Assembly (NCBI GenBank): GCA_951406725.2
Contig: OX597814.1
Location: 130,076,001 to 130,140,000 of the forward strand
From: Octopus vulgaris
Lineage: Eukaryota
DNA: 64,000 bases
Direction of reading: 5' to 3'
This document shows positions 54,967-64,000 of the stretch, piece after piece. Position 1 is the stretch's first letter. Each line of letters begins with the position of its first letter. The position numbers were made by a program, and so were the translations under genes. A model generated the notes under the pieces. That model did not search any database and was not told the DNA's origin. It was given only the letters and a program-made list of their open reading frames with translations.

Positions 54967-55390
54967 AGGCGTAGGAGTGGCTGTGTGGTAAGTTGCTTGC
55001 TTACCAACCACATGTTTTCGGGTTCAGTCCCACTGCGTGGCCCCTTGGGCAGGTGTCTTCTACTATAGCCTCGGGCCGACCAAAGCCTTGTGAGTGGATT
55101 TGGTAGACAGAAACTGAAAGAAGCCTGTTTATATATGTATATGTATATATGTATGTGTGTGTGTATATGTTTGTGTGTCTGTGTTTGTTCCCCCCAACAT
55201 CGCTTGACAACCGATGGTGGTGTGTTTACGTCCCCGTAACCTAGCGGTTCGGCAAAAGAGCCCGATAGAATAAGTACTAGCCTTACAAAGAATAAGTCTT
55301 GGAGTCGGTTTGCTCAACTCAACTAAAGGTGGTGCTCCAGCATGGCCACAGTCAAATGACTGAAAAAAGATAAAAAAGAGAAAGAGAAAA
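54967..55390 (+). mobile_element. SINE family A
   Basis: Full length. Confidence 0.9.
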
Positions 55391-55426
55391 CATATGTAAT
55401 TCGAAACTAATTCCTTGCTTTGCAAT

Positions 55427-55763
55427 CTTTTACTGTTTACTTGTTTCAGTTTACTTGTTTCAGTGCTGGGGCACCGCTTTGAAGAGTTGTCGTGGAGCAG
55501 ATCGATACCAGAACTTATTTTTAAATCTCAGGTATGGAGTTAGAGTACGCACACAAACAAAAAGAAACACACACACACATGCGCGCGCGGCGCTCACACA
55601 TATACGACGAGTTTCAGCATTGTTTCCGTCAACCAAATTCACCCACAACGCAATGATTGGCCCAGGAGTATAGTAGAAGACACTTGCCCAAGGTACCACA
55701 CAGAGGGACTGAACCCAAAACTATGTGATTTCAAAGCGAGTTTCTTAACCACACAGCCATGCC
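55427..55763 (-). mobile_element. SINE family A, older diverged copy
   Basis: tagtagaagacacttgcccaagg...gggactgaaccc...aaccacacagccatgcct. Confidence 0.75.
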
Positions 55764-56568
55764 TTTGACATCTGTACACAAAGACGAGACGCTGTACCCA
55801 TGGAAGATGGAAGTTCAATGGAACGCGTGTTTATTTGTGAGTACTGATTAACGAACGATCCATCAAACCGTACATGGAAGATAAAAGTGAACATCAGATT
55901 AGAACTAAAATTGCTAATAAACCTAATTGTAAATACTAGTTGCCAATTTCAAAATCCTTGTTAACATTGCTGAAAGCAACAAAAGGGTTGTTTCTCGCGT
56001 CTGAGAAGAGAAGCCGGTCTAATATGATTGTCGCAAGAGATGAATTTGCGAATTCGTATTTAGCAGCTACTGTTGTCTCTGAAAAAAATTGAATAAATAT
56101 TGCTATGATCTTAACACTACCAGCACTTGTGAATCCATGAAGAGCTGCCAGCTTGAGTTTGGGACTCTACGGACAAGCTAGTAAAAACTATAAAAAAAGA
56201 ACAGAAAAGCAACCCATTGATATTTACTCTGTGCCAAACACATAGGAATTGGCTTTGACAAAATTTCGTTCTCACGTGCATAAGACACAGTTTGAAAACT
56301 TCCATCGCCATTTAGTTAAGCATTTTACAAAGCCAGGAATATATTTGTGGATTCGATAAAGTACAGTTCCCTAAATTATTAAAGATTCCATTCAAAGTAT
56401 TAACGATTGCTACTCTAAAATCTGCGGTGTATTCGCCAATGCAGAATCCGTTGGGGAAATACTTCACGAATATCAACGACGCTACAAAAGCGGAAACTGC
56501 TACACCAGATATTCAAGCAGAAATAGCAGACAACGCTGTATGTGTTATAGAAGTAACACATAGATATA

Positions 56569-57840
56569 CGAGGGACGTTCAATAAGTAATGCCCCTGACC
56601 CATTTGCATTTGTTTGATCTAGCTGAAATTTTGCATGTGCAATTATTTATATCTCTACAGATTAAGTGGCAAATTACAGCTCTGAACTAATTGTGGTTTC
56701 TGATTTACAGGTGTTTGAACTGAGTCAGGTATGAAATGGAGCCTGTTGAGTGTCGAGCAGTGATCCGGTTTTTGTACTTGAAAGGACGCACACCACGGGA
56801 GACTTTTGATGAAATGAAAGTAACTTATGGCGATGATGCCCTATCATATGACCTTGAAAACGCTGGCATCGTGAATTCAAACATGGTCGGAACTCTGTGG
56901 AAACAGATCCCAGATCTGGTCGCCCCCCTTCTGCCATTGATGAGGCATCTGTCCGTCAAGTTGAGGCTGCCATTTTGGAAGATCGACGCATAAATATTCG
57001 CCAAATAGCCCGTGAGGTCAAGATTAGTACTGGGTCTGTGGAAACTATCATTCACGACCATTTGCATATGCAAAAGGTGTCTGCCAGATGGATTCCATAA
57101 CCAAGAACGCGTCGAGGGCTCGAGAATGAATTTGGAGATGTGCCAAGAAAATGAGTCAAAATTTTTCAAAAGACTGATTACACAGGATGTAACCTGGGTC
57201 CATCACTATGATTCAGAGACCAAAGCCCTGTCAATGCAGTGGAAGCACCGTGACTCACCTCCTCCAAAGAAGGCAAGGGTACAGGCCTCCGCTGGCAAGG
57301 TCATGCTTACAGACTTCTGGGACCAGGACGGAGTAGTGATGACAGATTTCCTGGTAAAGGGTACCACAATTACAGGAGCCTATTATGCTTCACTTTTGAG
57401 GAAATTAAGAGAAGCTATCAAAATCAAGAGGCGGGGCAAGATCAGCAAAGGCATCCTCCTCCTGCAGGACAACGCTCCGGTCCACAACTCGCGTATCGCC
57501 AGATCAGAAGCACAGGTGTGCAGCTATGAACTCCTCCCCCATCCCCCCTACTCTCCTGACCTTGCACCCTCTGAATTTCACCTCTTCCCAGCCATGAAAT
57601 TGTTTTTGAAAGGAAAGCGTTTCCCAGATGATGCAACCTTGATTTCTGAAGTCACGACGTGGTTGGAGGACCAAGCTGGGGTCTTCTACAAAAACGGTCT
57701 CCAGAGCTGCATCAAACAATGGGAGAAATGCGTAACTCTGGGTAGTTCCTATGTAGAAAAAGACTAATAACTGTGCCAAGTTTCGTTGCTCTACTGCTAT
57801 GGGAAGTGGGTTAGGGGCATTACTTATTGAACGCCCCTCG
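56569..57840 (+). mobile_element. Full-length mariner element (1272 bp), irritans-like TIRs
   Basis: TIRs cgaggg.cgttcaataagtaatgcccct.accca with TA TSDs at 56567 and 57841. Confidence 0.95.
56736..57767 (+). pseudogene. mariner transposase, frameshifted
   Basis: MEPVECRAVIRFL (HTH), PRSGRP, TQDVTWVHHY, LQDNAP, HPPYSPDLAPSEFHLF. Frameshifts near 56855 and 57095, the latter deleting part of the WIP linker. Confidence 0.9.
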
Positions 57841-59082
57841 TAAGTCTTAAGAAGTGCTATTTGACGTACTTACTTCTGGAAAAAATCTCCCCAAACTGGC
57901 AAGTCTTGGCACTTTATAAGCTTTTACCTTGTTGCTTGGTTGATTAAAGAATAATGATTAACTAGGCAAGTTCACATTGTTGACATTACGAAAAATGTTT
58001 TGATGCTTCGATGTTATATTTTCTATTAAATGCGAATTTTGTGTTAATCTCACTTTGGAATCTTTCTTTTCACTTCGAGGCAGCAAAGTTTTCTTTTGAG
58101 ATCGAATCATTAATCTCATTTTGCAGTAGCAAGATCACAATTTGAATGGCATGTATTCGCTTAGAGTACTGTTAAATATCTCATTACAATAGAAAACTTA
58201 GAGCATTGATATCAATGAGCAACCTATTCACTAGAATTATGCATTTTACTATTTAGAAGTTGAGTTCGTAGGAATGATAATGTTCATATTGCACTATAAA
58301 TGATAAGATTAAGCACTTTCAACAGTCAGACTACGATACTTTGAATATCCAGATTAAGTACTTTGAATCATCAGATTAGCTACATGTGTTGTGCAGTTAT
58401 TAGTTGAACTCATAGCGTTCACTGACATTTAGTTGTTTGGTTGTGTCTGCATCTGCAGGCCACATGCTGATATATTTGCAACTTGTTTTAATACCAGCAA
58501 TAACTGTGCTAAATAGTGAGGACTTGTTTTGATTCTTGTTTTTCTTTAAATGCTAATAAGAAGGTGTAGGTGCGGACGTTCATGATTAAATGTAGCTCGT
58601 TTCCGCAGATGTTGTGTATTGGCATGTTGATCTGTGAGATTTTGATACCTTTAGCTCATAGCGATTCACAGAAAGGTTTCATTCAATATACACAAATTAG
58701 ACAAGAATAGCTCTAGTTGAATGTTCAATGGTTTCTTTGAAAACTTTGGAAATAATGAAATGTGATGAGCTTAGGAATGTCTTTCAGATATATTTGTTTC
58801 GCATAAATGCGTTCATTACATTTATTAATTGTCTTCCAAGCCCGACGCTAATAGATTTGCTAAATTCAAATTAGGCTTTGCTAATTAGAAACACGAGCTG
58901 CAAACCTTCAGACGTCTGACTCTAAAATCCAAATTCCATAGCTCTACTGGATACAGGTTTCCTGACAATATCTTGTTTGTGAATTTGTGATTAGATTCGG
59001 CAATAGGCTCCGGTCATTTGGCTTCTACTTCAGCTACTGCAGTCTAGCGAATTATCTCTCTATAATGTTATCTAGCTTCTGA

Positions 59083-59230
59083 TTTACTCTCTTTACTTGT
59101 TTCAGTCATTTGACTGTGGCCATGCTGGAGCACCGCCTTTAGTCGAGCAAATCGACCCCAGGACTTATTCTTTGTAAGCCTAGTACTTATTCTATCGGTC
59201 TCATGTGGTTGGTAAGCAAGCCACTCCTGC
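59083..59230 (-). mobile_element. SINE family A with a large internal deletion
   Basis: Tail is joined directly to the head remnant (ggtctc|atgtggttggtaagc). Confidence 0.8.
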
Positions 59231-59642
59231 AACTATATAAAAATGTTAGGAAGAATATGTTTCTACATTTAGACTAGACATTATCCGTTGTATTTCTTTC
59301 AGTCTCGCTCACTTCTCAGTGAAATAGTATTTTCTGGTCGCATTAATATCAGGAGACAGTCACTATTATATACCAGTGCATGATTGATGCTAATTTTCCC
59401 TAAAAACTCAAAATATGTATAGAGAATGATGTATAGACAATGAGAGCATACTCGGCGTGTATCCTTCTAAAACTGCAAATCATTAACATTTTGTACCTAT
59501 TTTTCCGTTTCCCTTCCTACAGGACTTAGGTGTAAATTTGTAATGTTTTATGTGAGAACCTCCTAACAAGCGGGCTGGATGAAGAGATGTTACTATTGTA
59601 TCAATAATCCCAGATCTGTTGCTAAGGAAACAGGAGTACATA

Positions 59643-59858
59643 TTTACTCGTTTACTTGTTTCAGTCATTTGACTGCGGCCATCCTGGAGCACCGCCTTTA
59701 GTCGAGCAAATCGACCCCAGGACTTACTCTTTGTAAGCCTAGTACTTATTCTATCGGTCTCTTTTCCCGAACCGCTAAGTTACGGGGACATAAACACACC
59801 AGCGATGTCAAACGATGTTGGGGGGACAAACACAGACACATAAACACACACACACACA

Positions 59859-59938
<80 letters not shown>

Positions 59939-60046
59939 CACGACGGGCTTCTTTCACTTTCCGTCTACCAAATCCACTCACAAGGCTTTGGTCGGCCTGA
60001 AGCTATATAGTAGAAGACATTTGCCCAAGGTACCACGCAGTGGGAC
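59643..60046 (-). mobile_element. SINE family A, 5'-truncated
   Basis: Tail and body present; ends within the B box. Confidence 0.85.
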
Positions 60047-61070
60047 GGATTTTAGATTATTTATTTAACAATTTTAATTCAGCTTCAAATAATGTTTGTC
60101 TTGTCCTTATTAAGAGACTTAAAGATGAAATATTTCATATTTGTAATACATTTCAACTAAAGCTTGAGCTAAAACAGAGAATATGTTCTCTTTTGTCGGT
60201 TTGAATATTCAAGCATTAATCTATTAGAGTGTGATACATTAACTCTCTCCTTAAACACACTGTCTCTACGTATAGTTGGTTAGAGTATGGTGCAGCTCCA
60301 GTGTAGATTCTGCTGCTAATTTCCTATTTAGATTTATAATCACTTGGCTGATATTTCTGTTCTATAACAACATTTCAATTGTATTGTTAGAAGTTCAGTG
60401 TTTACTGTAGTTAAGGTAATATTACTAAGATGCTAACTAAATATGGTTTAATGCGGACTGTTATTCTATGATAGGGATTCTTTAATAAATTAGACGCTTT
60501 CTTTACCATCTTTGCCACAGCTGAAATGGGCGCATAAGTATAATAAATAAAATCATAAGTGAACAGAGAAATTTACAAACAGCTACCCAACCAAAATTTC
60601 TGTACGTCATTACTTTCATGACTAGCGATCGCTTCATATAATTCGGCTTAGACATGGAGGGGTCATCTTTTCCAGAAATAAATACACACTCTGATTGTTA
60701 TTATTTCTTTGTATTTATTTATTCATTTATTTACTTCATATACGGTCTAAGGACTGCAGTATCAGCAGAGGAGAGGACGAAGTTCCTCACATTTTTGCTT
60801 TGGCGCCTGTTTACATTTTGAGTTCAATCTGTTCACTTCGCATTTGAACTTCGTGGGATTTATAGAAGTGAGTGAATTTGAAGTAGCAGTTGGATTTATT
60901 TAGTTGTATCCCTTCTCCATTTTGTGCATCTTTAGAGCAGATATATGGGCACATACCACTTCTAATATTATTATTCAACACAAGGTAAGCATTGCTGATC
61001 ACTTTCATTGTGTTAAATAAGGTCATATCTGATATTATGTTTTAGACACTTCCGTATCTAATAAATGAAC

Positions 61071-61260
61071 CTGCGTTACCTAGTGGTTAAGGGTGTTGCC
61101 CTCAGGATCGCAAGATCTTAGTTTTGATATCCGGACTTTGGTGGTGCGTTGTGGTTTTCAACAAGACACTTCATTTCACGTCGCTTCAGTCCACTCGGCT
61201 ATAAGTGAGTAATCCTCCGATAGACTAGCGTCCGATTCTGGGGGAATGTGAGCTCGATCA
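61071..61260 (+). mobile_element. SINE family D-like, diverged
   Basis: ctagtggttaagggtg...caagacacttcatttcacg...cgatagactagcgtcc. Confidence 0.65.
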
Positions 61261-61329
61261 CTTATACGTCGAAGAAACTAAGTAACTGGCGTTATAAGTC
61301 ATTGAACTCGAGAGAGTAATGTTCATGGG

Positions 61330-61533
61330 TTGATGATGAAGATGATGATGATGATGATGATGATGATTTTTTTCGAGTAAAGGATGAAGACTACTCAACC
61401 ACATAGATGTTATTGGCAAAAATACAAGACTCACAACAGGAAATTGAAGATCTACCAAAGCCAATGGAAGACAGAAGTTCATGACGCAGCACCATGAGAC
61501 TCATTTTTGTCGCGTCTGCTTGAAGAATAAGAA

Positions 61534-61564
<31 letters not shown>

Positions 61565-61596
61565 AAGAAGAAGAAGAAGAAGAAAAAGAAGAAGAA

Positions 61597-61627
<31 letters not shown>

Positions 61628-61907
61628 GTAATGATGATGAAGAAGAAGAGCAACAACAAGTAGAAGAAGAAGTAGAAGTAAAAGAAAAAGAGGAAGATGA
61701 TGAAGAAGAAGAAGAAGAAGAAGAAGAAGAAGAAGAAGATGGTGATGATGATGATGATGAAGATGGTAATGATGATGAAGAAGAAGAGCAACAACAACAA
61801 TAACAATAGCAACAACAACAAGTAGAAGAAGAAGTAGAAGTAAAAGAAAAAGAGGAAGATGAAGAAGAAGAAGGAGAAGAAGAAGATGATGATGATGATG
61901 ATGATGT

Positions 61908-61942
<35 letters not shown>

Positions 61943-62472
61943 GTAATGATGATGAAGAGGAAGAGCAACAACAACAAGTAGACGAAGAAGTAGAAGTAGA
62001 AGAAGTAGAAGACGAAGAAAAAGAGGAAGACGAAGAAGAAGAAGAAGAAGAAGATGATGATGATGATGATGATGGTAATGATGATGAAGAAGAAGAGCAA
62101 CAACAACAAGTAGACGAAGAAGTAGAAGTAGAAGAAGTAGAAGACGAAGAAAAAGAGGAAGACGAAGAAGAAGAAGTAGAAGAAGAAGAAGAAGAAGAAG
62201 AAGAAGAAGAAGAAGAAGAAGAAGAAGAGAAGAAAAAGGAGATGATGATAATGATGATGAAGTAGAAGAGCAACAACAACAATAACAATGGCAACAACAA
62301 CAAGTAGAAGAAGTAGAAGTAGAAGACGAAGAAAAAGACGAAGAAGAAGAAGAAGAAGAAGAAGAAGAAGAAGAAGAAGAAGAAGAAGAAGAAGAAGAAG
62401 AAGAAGAAGAAGAAGAAGAAGAAGAAGAAGAAGAAGAAGAAGAAGAAGAAGAAGAAGAAGAAGAAGAAGAAG
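61330..62472. repeat. Complex (GAA)/(GAT)/(CAA) trinucleotide array with a higher-order repeat
   Basis: Recurring block gatggtaatgatgatgaagaagaagagcaacaacaa..caagtagaagaagaagtagaagta, about 5 times. The GAA frame contains TAA/TAG. Confidence 0.9.
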
Positions 62473-62866
62473 CCAATATGTGGCTACATGTTTGTAGGTC
62501 ATTATTTTATCTCACCTGTGGAGAATTCATCTCTTTCGTCACACTTCTGTGTGTCCTTTTCATTGATCTCTATGGCATTTGATGGCAATAGATTTTACAC
62601 CTCTTCGTACATTGGGAAAATGAAAGCCTATTAACTTTCATTATATATATATATGCTAACCTCCCTTTGATTCAGCAAACGGACAAATGGCGTTTTTATT
62701 GCTACTTTTCTAGGTTTTAATGCTCTTCTAGGTGTTGATGAAGCAGGATTCGATTATATTTTCACCTCAGCATAACAACCCACTGACATTGATGTATATA
62801 TTCTCAGTCTTTTTCTCTTCCTGTTTGTCTCTATATGCAGAAGTTTCACCTACTCATCTACACACA

Positions 62867-62958
<92 letters not shown>

Positions 62959-63081
62959 TGTATGTATGTATGTATGTATGTATGTACATAAGTATATTAA
63001 AGGCTTTGTGAGAGTTACTTGATACAGTTTTGCTAAGTATAAAACAGATTGGACTTTTGAAAAAATTATTTTGAAAATTAT

Positions 63082-63254
63082 AGTAGGAGTGGCTGTGTGG
63101 TAAGTAGCTTGCTTACCAGCCACATGGTTCCGGGTTCAGTCCCACTGCGTGGCACCTTGGGCAAGTGTCTTCTACTATAGCCTCGGGCCGACCAAAGCCT
63201 TGTAAGTGGATTTGGTAGACGGAAACTGAAAGAAGCCCGTCGTATATATATATG

Positions 63255-63291
<37 letters not shown>

Positions 63292-63522
63292 ATGTCTGTG
63301 TGTGTGTGTATCTGTGTGTGTCCCCCCAACATCGCTTGACAACTGATGCTGGTGTGTTTACGTCCCCGTAACTTAGCGGTTCGGCAAAAGAGACCGATAG
63401 AATAAGTACTAGGCTTACAAAGAATAAGTCCTGGGGTCGATTTGCTCGACTAAAAAGGTATTGCTCCAGCATGGCCACAGTCAAATGACTGAAACAAGTA
63501 AAAGAGTAAAGAGTAAGAGTAA
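63082..63522 (+). mobile_element. SINE family A
   Basis: Full length with (AAGAGT)n tail. Confidence 0.9.
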
Positions 63523-63799
63523 GTTCATATTCAAAATGTCACTAATCATTTTGGTGGAAGTTTCTTTCTAGTGTGGATGAGGGCATTCGATTATCTTTTC
63601 AAGCACATCTTATATATACGTATTTATAATTTGATAAGTGCCAACGCAAGAAGCTATTCAAATTAGTTTGATGTACCAACGCACGAAATTCTCAGCTCTT
63701 GGGTCACTCTTTGCTTTTGCTAAATATTAATTAAAAAAATATACACATACTCATAATTAGAGTCCCAATTTCACCTGTTTGTACCACCATACGCATATA

Positions 63800-64000
63800 T
63801 ATGACCGTCTGTGTATCGTTGTCCATTTTCTTTCTCCGTCTTCCCTTCTTTGGACTTTTTCTACATTTCTGATGAAGAGCTCCTCTCGAAACGTGAAATA
63901 CTCTCTCTTTTCTTTCCATTCCTTAGCATCCAATAACACTGTACTTATTCCACGAACTCGCGTTTTTGTATTTTCTTGCTCGTTCATGATTGGATCAACT
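63800..64000 (+). mobile_element. ~200-bp hammerhead cassette (second copy)
   Basis: Homolog of 28768-28972. Confidence 0.7.
63865..63899 (+). ncRNA. Minimal hammerhead motif, probably inactive (G at the cleavage position)
   Basis: ATTT-CTGATGA-A-GAGC-TCC-TCTC-GAAA-CG-TG-AAAT. Confidence 0.6.

Noticed and set aside
57900-59060. Possible N-terminal part of a Dong-like LINE on the minus strand (QNLTDQ-like motif)
   Set aside because: Too decayed to support from the sequence alone.
61391-62502. Long ORFs of 361, 333 and 274 aa on the minus strand
   Set aside because: Homopolymeric translations of a trinucleotide array with no domain content.
63078-63484. Recurrent peptide [29 protein letters not shown] in many ORFs, resembling a gene family
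   Set aside because: Antisense translation of SINE family A.

Overview
AT-rich, microsatellite-dense eukaryotic non-coding DNA (intron or intergenic). The repeat families resemble those of coleoid cephalopods (Octopus); this is an inference from recognition, not a search. No intact host protein-coding gene is supported, and almost all ORFs in the track are microsatellite or SINE artefacts. The window is a mosaic of: (i) about 25 tRNA-derived SINE copies from several modular families; (ii) decayed LINE fragments (RTE, CR1-like, R4/Dong-like, Hero-like); (iii) Tc1/mariner elements, including a full-length frameshifted mariner at 56569-57840, plus hAT-, Helentron- and TTAA-type MITEs; (iv) a decayed Naiad-type Penelope-like element (RT + GIY-YIG) at ~9.8-13.3 kb. 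The most striking signal is about 11 minimal type-I hammerhead-ribozyme motifs from unrelated sequence families. Almost every family has a different palindromic stem III, and most sit in short non-coding cassettes beside (TA)n/(CA)n tracts. One pair lies in a 220-bp inverted repeat. This points to a diverse Penelope/retrozyme self-cleaving RNA system. Boundaries of decayed elements are approximate.
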